Shown here piece after piece: positions 26,573 through 40,962 of a stretch of 64,000 bases of DNA (positions within the stretch are counted from its first letter, which is position 1; every line of letters begins with the position of its first letter). Origin of the DNA: Balanoglossus misakiensis (Eukaryota; Animalia; Hemichordata). Position numbers and translations under genes: made by a program. The notes beneath the pieces are model-generated. The model had not been told where the DNA came from. It was given only the letters and a program-made list of their open reading frames with translations, and searched no databases. Location of the stretch: assembly GCA_040954595.2 (NCBI GenBank), contig CM082581.2, forward strand, positions 2,782,699 to 2,846,698, given 5' to 3'.

Positions 26573-29500
26573 TTATCTTTTCTTCCTGAGCAATAGAGTA
26601 CCGGTAAATACACACAAATTTGCAAATCAATCTGACTAGTAGTTGTTCAGTTACTGAGTTTTGACCAAATTTTTGGTCGTTGTTGCTCCTTATTAATCAT
26701 TCGATCTATTTCAAGGTCATTATTGGTCATTACTGTAGGTTCTGCTCATTACAAGTTTTAGAAACACCCGTGAGTCAACATTACGCACAACATGTTCCTT
26801 TTGGTGTAACAGACTAAATTTTTGTTTTGGGATTATTTACAGTGCACAGATTCAGTGTGTAAGGTTGACTGATCCAGAGTTTGAACTCAGTTTGAACTCA
26901 AAATTATACCCAAAAAATGCCAGGATGTAAAGGTCACACAGGGGTCAAGATTCACCATACCTTTCAGCAGCATCTTTCCACCACGTTTTCAACACTCTGG
27001 CTTTTTGGCTGAAAGCGGTCAGTGCCTCATCCATTTGTTCGAAATGCTGGTGGTATTGGTCCTTGGCTTTTTCATGCTGCAGATTATCCCAGCTGAAAGA
27101 AACCCAAGACAGTAAGACATGTTATTTTTGCGAGTTGCAATTTTTGAGATATCGAGAGAGGCCACTGTTACGCGAGTATTAATTTTCGCGTTCTTGTACT
27201 GCAACGTTATCTTCGAAAACCCACTACTGTACTCTTACTTGTCGCATTTGTAGCAAGATTCTTGCCCACAAACCACGATGTTCAAACAAATTGCACAATG
27301 TGTAGAAAACCATGAAACCTCAACCATTTTAATAAATTACCTGCACTTTCAAACTGAAAACATTTTGTTGCGCGTGTGTTTGACTATCGTTCTATTACTA
27401 GTATTCACCACATTGTTCTTTCACTAATATATTTATGCGAGTCTTTATTTTCACGTTTTTTTTGGCTCTCGCGTATTACGTATAAATTTATTGCTCCGAA
27501 AATAACCTTTCTACAGTTGATAGTACGCACAAGACTCATGAGCTCAAACTTATTCATATTTCAGCAATTTACAGGTTATTTTCAGTGATTTCCAAAATTG
27601 TTAGACACATTATGTGCATCCCCTTCAAGAAACTGCCACATTCTTATTATATACAAACAAAAATGAAAGCTCTCAGACATTATTGAAAAAAATACGCAAT
27701 TTAAAGGACACATAATTCTTCAATGCTGTTCATTCAGTTTTTGAATAAATTTACTTCTTTCACCATGTTGGTGGTTTGATCCAAATGTGTTGTTTTCAAT
27801 GGGAAAGTCTGGCCAATATACATACAAACAGGGGTGGCCCCTGAGGAGAAAATGCAATGGACCGTATTGGCCCCTACACACCAAAAACCATTCAAATTCT
27901 GGGTCAGAACTACTATAATATTTGCAGAAACCTTTTCAATTTTGGTGGACCCAATTTTCATTTGTATGGACCCAATTTATACAAATTTGGCTGAGACGAT
28001 TTGCAGCCAGACCACTTTTTTGTCATTTGGGCGCATTTTGACGACTTCGTTTTTCATGGGTGATGCAACTCTGTCGACACACTCAGAGCATTTTCACTGC
28101 TTTACTTCCCCTTTTTACAATGAGTGACTGTTGACAAATGACTTCCACATGATTAGACCGTTTCATTTTGGTTGGCACAAAAACTCTAAGACCATGTTCC
28201 TTTTGAGTGTACATTATTTTTGAACTGCTTGAGGCTGGGCCGACCAGTCATGCAGTACATGACGACTACAATACTGTCATGAGATACCACATGTACAATG
28301 TGCAAATGTTATGAGTGCGCTCTGATTGAAATGAAAATTGTGTCCTGCAAAATATAAAATGTAAATATTATAGTTCTGACAACATAATTAGACTGCTTAA
28401 TGTTTGTTCTCACAAAGGTGCCACTGAAGTATCATGTACTGCGGTATATTGAACTTTACACATACAAGTGTACGCCACACCTACCTTGTCTCCTGCTCCA
28501 ATGTCTTGAAAGTATCGGCAAGTTTCGTAAAATCCTTTAACATTGCCTCATTATGTATAATCCAATCTAATTGGATTTGTAACTTTTCCTGTTGCCTCAG
28601 AAGCATCATTTTCTGGCTGTGCAATGTGTCTATAACTTCTTCCATGGTCAACTTTTTCTCTTTAATGTGGTGACTATTGTGCAGAACCTGAGGAAAAAAC
28701 AAAACAAGCTTAAAACATTGCCTGTAGAAGAAATGTTTCCAGTGTCTAGTTCCTGGCCTGCTCCCCTACCCCATTCCCATTGCTGGCTGTGCCAGCTAAA
28801 AGTCAAAGGTCAGGTACTGGCCGCCGTCTTGCACAAATTTCTGATCAGCCATGCCCAGGATGGCTGCTTCTAACGTTCGCACACAGGTACTGTCAAAGTC
28901 AGGTGCACCACACAAGATCCATCCATCCATCCATACATCCATCCATCCATCCTCCATGTACATGCATGCATGCATACATACATACATACATACATACATA
29001 CATACATACATACACACACATACATACTCACACACAAATACGCACATACATACATTAATTGCCATAACAGTTTAATGTGCCTATACTTACGAAAACACAA
29101 CACACCACTGCTAAAACAAGTGCGATCAGCAGCCATTGCCAGTTAACCTCATAGAGCTGTAAAGTAAAAATACACCTGATAAGTGAAAATGCACCTTTAT
29201 CGTGAGTGTGGGATAAATCGATCCCACACTCTCACAGAATCGAAAGCTCTACGAGCTGCAGCTCATGTGGGACAAAAAATCTCCAACTTGTGTGAGAATT
29301 ATGAACCAAAGTCTTTGGGAGAGTGAGATTCTATTATTCTCATCAGGGGGTCACCCACACAGCGCTAACACCCCTTCCCTTTAAACATTGTATAAAGGCA
29401 TGCATGACTAAGAGGTCAGAACAACCAAAGCTACTTACATTGAGCTTTTCTGGGGGATCTTCTGGAGGATCTCTGGCCTAGTTCAAATTATACAAAAAAT

Positions 29501-30674
29501 AGTATTAGCAAATGATCCTTGAAACTGAAATGTTGAAAACTGTCAGTGTCAATGTCATGCCATTTTGTTCAAGGACACATTTACTGCATACTGAGTATAG
29601 AATGATGGATCAAGGTACTTTATAAAACCCAAGATTAGCACAGTTTTAAAGGACCACAAATAGTTGATCCAAGTTACAAATGAACTTCAAATTATTACTT
29701 GAAAAAATTGTTGATCAAAGTCAGATGTAGGCTAAATGAAGTCCAATAACTCGTACCATAATACTTGTGTGATTAGTTTCAGGGGATAAATGTGTAGTTT
29801 ACTCGAAAATTATAAATATGCAAATTTTCCAACAAAAATACCAATTTTTCCTTTATGTTGCTTTAACTGTTTATGCTCGTGACAACTACATAGCCAACCA
29901 CTAGAGGGCGCTGTTGTGTATTTGAATGCCCATGAAGATGAATATATGCAACTCGAGCGTGCAGTACACCCATGACACAGATAGCCTTCTCATGCACTCA
30001 AACTTGAACAGAAAACATATATCAGTATGACAACAAATTATTTGTTACATAAAGTCATGTACAATATGGCTACAGTTACATTGCCATAAAGATTTTAAGT
30101 CCTATCATCAGTGGTTCTGTTAATGCAAAATCCTGCGCATTTCACAATGTCTGACCATAATTACACAAAGATAATGAAGGATGCATTCAACACCAGTGCA
30201 AATTTGCAAATTGTATTCAGCGAGGCTTACAAATGAAAATAATGCAGATATGCACAGAAATGTTACAATTTTCACTCAGGCAAAATGACATTGATAGATA
30301 AAACTTTGTTATAATGTACCTGTACAGTGGTGTTCTGTTCTATTCAGGCTTTCAATTGCCTACCCAACTTTGTTACATTTATGCATTTAGTAAACTCTGT
30401 ATGCATATTGAAGTACGCACAGGAGAATAATCAAATGGAACCTCTGTATCATGTGATTGAACTTGTATGAACATGCAGGAGGACAGACACTCAGTCTACT
30501 GGTATCCACCAAGCTCCAAGTAGAGATAAAAAGCGGATATTCATATGCCAACTTTAAAAGCACATAGTTCTTGCGCCATGTGTGAACAAAATGTGTTTGG
30601 CTATTTCTGGGTTACAGATATGAAAAGAGAATTCAGTTTCAGGTTTTCTACAATTGTTGTAAATCACTTACCAT
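26573..30674 (-). CDS. Candidate spliced gene, 129-aa helical/coiled-coil protein of unknown function
   Basis: GT-AG exons with matching phases: ATG 30674-30672, 29477-29439, 28687-28485, 27092-26961, 26585-26573 (TAA). Product MARDPPEDPPEKLNVLHNSHHIKEKKLTMEEVIDTL...KTWWKDAAERKKR. Possible 5' UTR exons at about 34650-34241, about 32033-31966 and 30737-30675. Confidence 0.5.
28917..29055 (+). repeat. (ATCC)n/(ATAC)n/(AC)n microsatellite
   Basis: Directly visible; explains the MYVC/HTYI ORFs. Confidence 0.95.
29898..29911 (+). promoter_or_regulatory. CTCF-like motif CCACTAGAGGGCGC (a second, reverse-oriented motif lies at 36130-36143)
   Basis: Matches the known CTCF core consensus. Occupancy unknown. 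Confidence 0.35.
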
Positions 30675-33600
30675 GAATCGCAACAAGTCCAACCTTCCCT
30701 CTCTAGCACCTAACTGGCACTGCCTACACCTAACTCTCTGTGAATGAAATGGGAAGAATTATTCATTATGGATTATAAAAGACGCTTTCAGGAATTGCAG
30801 CTTGGTGGAAATTATCTAAGTCCTAAATGCTCAAAGTTGTTATTTTTAAGCAATGATATGGGGTAACAGGGTGGTGCATAGCACAAAACCATTACATATA
30901 CTAGGTCCCATGACATTACAGCCATTCAAGGAATCAGTTTTAGCCCATATTAGAAAAATGCTGGCTGATTGTTGGTTGCAATGTGTATATCGATTGAGAA
31001 GTTTTTGCAGCATTGTTCAGGAGAGTGTTGGCAGCCCCCCCCCCCCCAAGCATTTTGATCAAATCTAATGATGCAACAACTTCCATTCCCAAAGTTACAC
31101 CAGCCTTAATCTAACACATTCAACAGTGCATAACAAAAACAGAGGCACATGAAGAAATGTGTTACACAGCTTTGACAGACACTATGCAATATTGGCTTTG
31201 CAGTCAAGTTTAAATAGGCAGAAGTTGACTCAACAGTGAATATGTTGGAAGACACCATAAACTGTTTTAGTACTTTTACTGAATGTTCAGTCTTGTCTGT
31301 CTACAAGTAGAGTACACTTCACCAGTACACACATGTCAGCTTGTTTCAAGTTGTCAAACATCAGAAACAGCTTTTCATATCAAAGAAACTTTATGAAAAA
31401 AGATCAATAAATAGAGTCTTTGTCCCTGAATTCTGACTGGCAGAGCTGGTCACCTCCACTTATGGGATTTGGTCAACCAACGGTTTAGCGACATGTTACC
31501 TGTACCATTCATTGGCATCATTTTTCTATGTTAGATGGCCATTGTCATTTAATATCACCAAATGTTAACACATTCAAAGATGAATGACTTATATGGTATC
31601 TGATTGTAGCTCTCAGTATACACATTAATATATTTACCCAACGAACTATAAGAATTTCGAAGACAGCATGCTCAGCACAATACAGACAACGTAATCAAAC
31701 AAGTAAGGAACCCGATCCTTGTACTAGTTATTATCATCTGCAGCATGGTAAAATGTCAAATGTGTTACGGAATTAATACCAGAAGAAGAGTTAATTTAGA
31801 AGAAGAGTTCTCACCAAAAAGGCAAAGGATGAGAATTCTCGGTATTGTGTTCACATATACACAAATTTCATAAAATGGTGTAAATACCAACTTATCGGTA
31901 ATATTAAACTCAAAACTAAATATATTTGTTTGTAAATTCTAAATTGCATTTCAAAATTAACATACCTTAAAGCTTTCCCGTTGCGTTGCAGCCGGATTGA
32001 GCGGAACTTTGATGAATGATATTCCCACATATCTAAAAAACATAATGAAAAAGACATCAAGGATGACAATATAACAAATTTCACTAGTTCAAATAAACTG
32101 GTACCAAACTGGTCTGTTTCCTTGTTTTAACATAAGCTACATGTCAAATGCAAGTTGAATATTGATAGCGGTGTAAATTTTCCAAGTCTGAGACAGTAAA
32201 TTGTACTAGTTTACTGGTCATAATGAGGAATTACAGGCCCACCATTATAATCACAACTTGAAGCTGTCTAAGGTAGCGGTCATTATTTAGGGCTTGGAGA
32301 GGAGTTGGAGGAATTTAACAAGGTAAATGCCAAACAAGGCCTGTTTGCTGGATTATAACAAAAGGTGTGAACGTACACGACTTATTGGTCAACACACTGA
32401 GAAACATCGAAAGATGTGGGATGTTTATTGGAGGGCCAATATCAAGGGCATACTTCGCCATTATATTACACACTGTCTGAGCCCTGTGTAACGCCTCGAA
32501 TGCACACAGACCTGTACGCAGGCTTAGGGCTATCACTGTCTATTCTACAGAGTTTTACTCACATGCATGCGGATTCTGAGTACCACCCCCACCCCCACCC
32601 CCACCCCTCCGTCCACCTTCTTTGGGCTGGCATGAAGTAGCAGAACCGTAACTCAAGTTTTTACCCGGAATTGTGTGTGGACGGCGTCTGATTTAGCCGT
32701 CAATACCCAATATATTGTATACTACTAACAAGGCTAAACCTCCAGTTACGGTTCTGCAGCAGGGCTGCGTTTGGGCTAGCCCTTGGTACAGGTCTTTGTG
32801 TTACCGGCGTGAACACACAGACCTGTAGCCAGTGTAGGTACAGACCTGTAGTACACACAGGCTGTACGCAGAGCAACGTTTGGGCATGGTTTGGGTTAGT
32901 CGTGGGTCACATCATATCGTGGCTGAAAACTGTATTGTACCTGTCTCATCATTGCTTGGACCATGACTCCTTGATTCATCTCGGTATAACTCAAGTTGAA
33001 GATTCAATAAATCAATATAAATATTACTTCTGTCGATGCACCGACGACACATTGTGACCTCTATCATGCATGACCCCGATTTGCGCGATGCGCTCAAGAG
33101 TGCTTTTTTGACAGGTCAAAGGTCAACGCCGTTAAGGGCGTGCTCTGGCTATAATAAGACTGTACTATAAATAAATACAAAATGTAATATTGAAAATGAA
33201 CTGCGGACGGGAACATGAGTCTGCACTGGCCGATGCCATATTATTTATGGGATTGTCAATGCAGACAACCGAGTTTAACATGTTTGTCTGGCAAAATACA
33301 GACCGAGAAAGGCTATCTACAAGTCAAACGAACTGCACCACAAAGTCATTGCAGCTATATGATGCACGACCAGTGTTCAACCCTAGAAAATTACAAATCA
33401 AACACCTGGCAGAAAACTTGGTGTGTTTACGTTTGGATATTCTAAGACTGGAAAACCTATCGCTCGAGGGCACTCGCTGAGCTCCGACATCATTCAGTGT
33501 AGTGAAAAATAGCCCTAAGTATAGAGAGAGTATAGACAGTGACACTATAAAAATAATGGTTGCACAGCGAAAGCCAATCGAAATATTTTCAAAGGTGGTG

Positions 33601-34289
33601 CTTGGTGTTGAAATTCAAGGTGGTGAATTTAGTCGATCATAAAAATAATAAAAACTACCGAGGCAACATTTTTTTCCGTTTTTCCCATGGGTGAATATAT
33701 ATTCAACGGAGTTTATCTCGAAATTGAGCGCGTTGGCCATTCAATTGTTTTCAACCATTCAATTTTTATACATTTGGCTGGGCTATGTTTAGACCTAAAC
33801 GTTCATGAAAATGACAATAGCAGACGTGGGTTTTCTAGCAAATCTATGGGCCTTTTAGGGTTCATGAAAAACTTGACAATCTAATGATGTAAATTGGTCC
33901 GACTTACTGCTTTGTACCATGTAGACCTATTGTTTTGGTTTGACTCACTATTTTTTAGTTTTAGCCTAGTATTGCTGCACTCAATTTCGAATACGCCCGG
34001 CTGCCATTATTCTAACACGTAGGCCTAACTCAAGCAGAAAACACAGCAAATTGTCGCGACAAAATCCCTGCCATTCTTTCTGTACAATTGTCTCGCTGAT
34101 GGTTTCTCTTGGTACAAGACGGATGAGTCATGCACAACGCGAAGCAGAACACACGATACAGGCAGGAACAATGGCGCAGCAACCTAAGGAAAGTTGCACG
34201 CAAACACAACGAAAAAATCGGTAACAATAAATATACTTACTTCAATCCTTCGGCACGGGGTCGGCAAACTACGAGGAAAACACACCACA

Positions 34290-34625
34290 ATACTAAACTA
34301 AATACTAACAAGAACTAACAGTCTAACTAAATACTAACAAGAACTAACACTCAAACTAAATACTAACAATCACTAACACTATAACTAAATACTAACAAGA
34401 ACTAAAAGTGATACTATAACTAAATACTATACTGTAACTAAATACTAACAGAAACTAATACTATATATAACTAAACTACTAACAGAAACTTATACTATGG
34501 CTAAATACTAACACTGCAGAAACTATTAAATACTATAACTAACTATAAATAATAATCTAAACTAAGTAATATAATAAATTAACCTAAACTAAAAAAATCG
34601 AGAAAAAAATCTATCTAAATCTAAC
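34290..34625. repeat. AT-rich minisatellite (aactaaatactaaca-type units)
   Basis: About ten degenerate copies, lying between a CCGCCATTT motif near 34640 (minus strand) and a GTAAGT donor at 34240. Confidence 0.8.
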
Positions 34626-35059
34626 GAATATATAAATGGCGGAGAGAGAGTATGGGAGCGTGTGTAGGGTAATAAGAACGATAAACGAACTGAACGTCAG
34701 CGGCAAGAGTATTATTGTTATGCAAATACTGTGAGCGATATGCTAAATAGACAGAAATGTAAATGCATGACATTGTAAGGAGGTGTTAAGGATAAAACAA
34801 CAGGAAAAACAAACTGAACACAGTTGTTGGTAGCATGCAGATTGAGTTGTCAAAAATTTTACCAATCAGGAACACCTACCAAGACTGCGTAGCGCTCTCA
34901 TAAGGTTATTTTTGATTGTCCAAATTCTTTACCGTGTCACTACTGGCATACAACAATGCATATGACTTTGCATGGATGCACTGGCACCAATGATATGCCT
35001 TCCAAAGCGCCACACATTGTCAAATTACACATGTTGAATGCTTCTGACACGCTCTACCT

Positions 35060-35370
35060 TATACCAGGTTCACACACGAAAAAATTTGAGACGCTATTTG
35101 CCTATGGTAAACACAGATCATTAATCCTTTGAGTCGCTTGTGTCCACACACACAAAGTTTATGTATAGGTACTTAGGCTCAGTCCCATAGACAATGGGTT
35201 GCGGAGATGTGTTAATCCTTACACTTCACAGGATCAGGTCTGACCTGCAAAGCCGTCTCAAATCTAAGCCGTTTCAGAACCACTATACACCGTCCACACG
35301 TGTTTTGGAGACAGTATCTGATCTGAGACGTTTCAGAACCGTCTTAACGGTGTGTGTGACCCCATATTAT
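35060..35370. repeat. Dispersed repeat family, also at about 17410-17555 and 54900-55110/55535-55650 in inverted orientation
   Basis: Shared blocks tatttgcctatggtaaac, gtgtccacac, aaagtttatgtatagg, cccatagacaatgggttg, gtgttaatccttacac. Confidence 0.75.
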
Positions 35371-38300
35371 AAAATTTGGACAGAACTATCCGAAAATAAA
35401 TATTAGACAAAATCATCCGATAATTAATATTAACTCAGTCTATGTCATCAGGACAATACAAAACATAACAAAAGCCCTCACTACGCACCCAATCAACTTT
35501 AAGCCGGTAAAGTAACTTTTACATGCATTCCACTGTTCTGTGTAAAAATTACAATTTCTTATTTAGGCCTACTCGAAACATCGCGCTAATATCCCATACT
35601 CCACTTGCCAACATTGCCTTTACGTGTGTAATGGCCATTTTATCACTGTTGATGAATGAATTCTAGTTCGGACATGAATTCAAATTTTACACAATAACAG
35701 TACTGAATGTGCACATTCATTGATAAGCTAAATTCTGTGTATTTTATCATGTTTCTGGAATTTGAACTAAAAACCGCAGCAGATACACAAAGCAATATTA
35801 CTGAAAACACGGTGAAAAGTTGGAGCTAATGGAGCGGACAGCGTGTTGTTCAGTGCTTGTGTGCCCTCGAGTAAGAAGATTATTATGTAAATGTCACCAA
35901 AATGTTTTCATGATTTTCTAGAAATATAGAAATAAATACAATTGACTTATTTTGTCAAGTTTTCCTTGCAAATACAATTGTCACTTAAATTTCCGTACAT
36001 GCGTAAACACACCACTGCTTTAAAACAAAAATGTTATGGGTCTCGTATTTACTGCGTTTGTATTCAATTGAGCGGACAAATTCTGTTGGCTTTAATTCTT
36101 TCACAGATTTCCCGAGTAGCCTGCATAGTGCGCCCTCTTGTGGTGACGTGTCTTCTGAGAATCGGCCCATCGGCCAGATAGAAACAAATCATCGAAAAGT
36201 GTTCCATCACAAAGAAATAAAATTCGCCATCGTTCCCGGTTTTAGAGAAACGTTTAATGTTTCGCCCTTTGGTGAAACACGTTATAGGAAAATTTATTTT
36301 AAGAATAGTATTTCCATTTCGACGTAAACTGATTGGACCGAGCAAATTGTTTGAAAACGTTACGTAGGGCCAATGGAGAAAGAAAAAGCGCTCGTACTCG
36401 TGTACGGGAAGGTTACACCAGCCACGCTAAGCAAGCCGGATTTCCAACGGCCAGACTAGCCGCATATAACAACAACAATGCTTTCTAGTGTTATTTTTCA
36501 TAGCCACCACCCCATATGCAGTAGACAGGCTTACGGTAACATTCTCTATCAATCGATTACTCAAAATGAAAAAAAGTTAACGAAAACAAATGAAAACAAA
36601 ATGTGCTAAATTCATGTAGCCCAATTAATTCTGCCTAAATTGTTCATGATGTATGTACGCTTAGGAAGGAGTCTGTGATGAGGAAATACAGCAAAATTAT
36701 AAATTTATCTAGATTCGGGTTTGTGGAGTACTGACTGCGGTTGGACATAATATAATCTTAAAACGTTATGGTGAGGACCAGCATAGTTTGGCAGTGCGCC
36801 CCTTACGATAGATTTCCGGGGCGAATGTAGTATTTTAATATATCATGTCGGTATTGTCGGCTAATTCCGCGTTCATTTGGTTGCATCATCTGATCTGAGA
36901 CGATGACCTTTTGCAGGTCGGTGACATACATCCATAACAAGGTGGCTGTATCACAACTGGTCGTAGACTACTGTTGGCAGCTGCGGGTCTTGAACATGCT
37001 CTAACAGTTTCTAACTGGTTTTCTAACTTTTCAATAAAGAGGTTTTTACTACAATACCATCAATAACTCCATATTTTTTGGAAAGGTACCGGTATTATGC
37101 TTGATACACGTAATGGTCGAGCCAAACTTTCACAAAATAAGGCATGACCAACTTCGGAAGATTGGAAACATAATCGGGCAAGCAAAGTTTTCTTGCGAGC
37201 AAATGCATGGCGACAGGACCAGCAACATAAAAGTTTTAGAAACAGCAACTCAATAAAACCGCGGGTACCAAACACCGTTATTTGTTATTTTCATATTCCG
37301 TTGTGATGCGCTAAACACACTGGCCTGAGCGCATAAGAAAGTTTTCCAGTAGACTCTGTAGATCACGGTTTTTCACTGTTGGTGATATTGTCTAAGTTTT
37401 AAACACAGCCAAATAAAACAGATTTTGGTGGAGGATCAAAGAACTGTGACAGTCTTGTTTGGTCATTGTTTGTTTCTATACGAGCATTTTCGAGAATGGT
37501 TAGATTTTAGAACAAGCTCCAAAGGCTTAATTCTGAGTTGCATGACTTTAAGAAAGAAAAAATGCATTGCCAACATTAATAAAAGTAATCTAACCCAGTG
37601 ATGGCCCCATTTCATACTCTTACTTTTGTCAACTGCGGCGCTCTCTAGATGTTATGTCAGCGGCTTTGTTCATATGAGAGACAGAGACAATGTATAATCA
37701 CATACTACACGGGTTAGGAGTCAGTCCTTATACTAGGTGAGATGTCGTGCAGTATTGGTAGCTAGATATCAATGAAAGCGAGTGGCATTATCCCATTTTT
37801 CAAAAGGGAAAATTATGCCAAGGGAGCAGTGATGAAGTCTCCTCTACTTTAGAGTCAAGCGTTTGTCAAAAAGACAAATTTCCAATGAGTGGTTCTTATA
37901 GCACATTTCCACTCGTTGATATATGAGGGCGCTGCTCAAACATCCTGGAACACTATAAAGTGGGTAAAGGGGTGGCGCTGTAAGAACACTACATGAATTT
38001 TACTTTCAGGTTGAAATGCAATTTGTTTTGGTGCTGGAATATCCTAGAATTTCAAACGTCCTGACATACCAGTATCACAAAATCCAGGAAAATTCGATTT
38101 AGTCCTGATAAAATCAGTGTGAAAGTTGTGCGTAGATTAGCACATTACATTTAAGACCAGACGCCATATGACAAAAGCTCAATGCAGGCTCACAGTGGCT
38201 TTAATGTTATGGCTACAGGATCGTTTTTTTTTCTTATGATATTTGTGATATGTTTTTCGCTTAATTCAAGAAGGAAAATTCCGTAATTAGAACATAGTGG

Positions 38301-39455
38301 AATTTAAAAGCTTTCTTGTGCAAGACAATACATAATACGGGAATACAAAATATGGGACAGAGTAAAACAAAAAATACCGTCGTGTAATCTTTATTAGACG
38401 CAACGAATTTATCTAATACATAAGCTTATATGCAATCAAAGGACTTTATACCATGAAATGAAGATTTATTATATAGCAGCCGCTTATTTATTTTGGGTTT
38501 CGCACATTCCAATTTTGCTTAGTCATCAAAGGTAAATATGGGAAGAGCCCACAAAAAGGAAAATTGAAGAATCGTTTCAAGTAACACACTTACAAACTAT
38601 GAATTTTGCTACATAATAGAAATAAATATTTCTATTTCTAGCGAAACCCAAAGTAAAAAAGCAGGAGTTGCTTATCACCCGTTGGCATTAAACGTACATG
38701 GTCACCTGTAATTTATGTCAGTATATATGGCCAAAAGGGCGTGTCAAAGTGTTCGAATGACCATGTGGTGGCACCTTTTTTCGCGCGTGCAACCAGACGA
38801 AAGTCTGTGATTGGTTTTATTAGAATTTGTCATTGTTTCAGTGGTTAAATTATCATAGATGACCCTGTACCTTAAAAGGGAATGTAGACTTCCTGCACGG
38901 GCATCTGTACTACTACTCCTTCATGTGTGTTCATAGAACTTTTGCATGCCTACAACAAGAGTATGTTAATTTGTAGGAAAAATCTTAAGAAACAAAGGTC
39001 ACTTGCACATAATAAGCCACAGGAGAAAATGAAATTCTCTGAGCCAACGGGACTTTCCCTGAATGCGATTCCAACACAGGTGTAACATTCAAAATTTCCA
39101 GAAGTTGACTATCTTTACATAATGGTCAAAACAACACGGACATTTGTGAAGACTTGTACAAGGCCGTTCTGCTGTTCACGCAAGCTTGCATTCCATACCC
39201 ATCATACTTCAAAAATGATCACATTATTTCAAATTAATTTGCCTACTTTTGAATTTATGTAAAGTAGCATCCCGATAGTCTCTGATATGTGAATTCCAAA
39301 CACAAGTGACAGAGTGATGATAAGTCTACAAATAAATTGGGAATCTATAACTATTCTGGAGTGTATCACTAGTTACAATTGTATTTTTGTCAAAGGCAAT
39401 ACCAGGATTAAAGGTGACGATCGATATAGTGGCATAGGAATGGCAAAATGTCATA

Positions 39456-40251
39456 GGGACCGTTCAATTTTTACGGCTGGGGGGGGGCGGCAAGTTTGTG
39501 TCACGGGTTTTCAAAATCAGGCCGACTCCCCTTTCACCCAGGACCAAAAAATGATGACCCCCCCCCCCTTTGACAGGCCAAAAAATATGATGACACCCCC
39601 CCCCCCCCCACGCCGAAAACATGCGCCGTCCTGATCCTATGTACACTGTATGCAATAAAGGGAATGAGGCTTCCCACACCTCAATTCTAAATTTCTTAAA
39701 GTAATTGAAGTTTATAGTAGTATATCTTTGCAATAAAAATGAATTATGAATAAATTAAAATGACAAGTCAATGCAATAGTTGGTAGGATTGGTAAAACAA
39801 GAAAACTGGCGGGGTGGGTGTGGGAGGTGGTGTCCCCTGCAACATGAGAAAATTTTGTAAAATACGGTGCTCAAAATAGCATTTTAATGAACTCAAAAGC
39901 AAATTAACTCAATATTGGGGAGGACCAATTTTACTTTTGCCACTCCACTCAAAGTACGCATCGGTGTGGTGGGGTGGCAAGTAGTCTGCCGTCGTACACA
40001 AGACAACCAGCCGATAAATGAAATGTGGCGAAAAATGGGTGGGTGTGAAAATTTTAGAAAATTTTGTAAAATAAAGGGCGCGAAACTGCAATTTTGTGGA
40101 CTCAAAAGCAAAGGTTTTGTGGCAAAAGTAAGTGACCCCCCTACCCGTTTAAAAAAAAAACGATGACCCCCCCCCCTCCTTTTGGACTTCAAAATTTAAG
40201 TGACCCCCCTGGATTTTGCCCCCCCCCCAGCCGTAAAAACTGAACGGTCCC
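39456..40251. mobile_element. About 800-bp MITE with GGG termini (PIF/Harbinger-like, tentative)
   Basis: TIR gggaccgttca.tttttacggctgggggggg / ccccccccagccgtaaaaactgaacggtccc. Internal atgacccccc repeats; TA-containing flanks. Confidence 0.75.
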
Positions 40252-40709
40252 CTATGTCAGCTTTGTCCTCTGTTCTGTATAATAGTTATGTTTTAACGGA
40301 AATGTACAACCAGTTCATTCCTATCGAAATTCACATTCAATTTCTAATATAAGATATAGTCCGAGATACAATTATCACATTTTAAAATTTAAACAAAAGA
40401 TTTTTTCATAAATCAAAACTCTCACGCTATGACGGAATATTTAAATCACTACAAGGCAAAATTTGTGCACGGCAACCAACGAAGACCTAACCTCGGGCAA
40501 CAGTGTCACAACAAAAAGAAAAGAAATCAGGATATTTCTTTAGTAAGAGCGTCTAAAATAGGGAGGTTTGAACTCCGACAATGCTGTCGTTGTTTATAAT
40601 ATAGATATATTTCAACGGCTCTATCTAAGAATCTAACACGGCAACGTAAACTTATCGTTGGATAAATGTCTTTCGGTATCTTTAATGCAACTTTCACTGC
40701 ACGAAACTT

Positions 40710-40962
40710 ATACTATACTCTACTGTACTGTTTACTTTACTGTACTGTACTCTACTGAACTGTACTGTACTCTACTGAACTGTACTGTACTGTACTGTAT
40801 TGTACTGTACTGTAATGTAATGTACTGTACTCTACTGAACTGTACTGTACTGTACTGTACTGTAATGCAATGTACTGTACTCTACTGAACTGTACTGTAC
40901 TGTACTGTAATGTAATGTAATGTAATGTAATGTAATGTACTATACTGTACTGTACTGTACTA
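40710..40962 (+). repeat. (TACTG/TAATG)n pentanucleotide microsatellite
   Basis: Directly visible. Confidence 0.95.
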
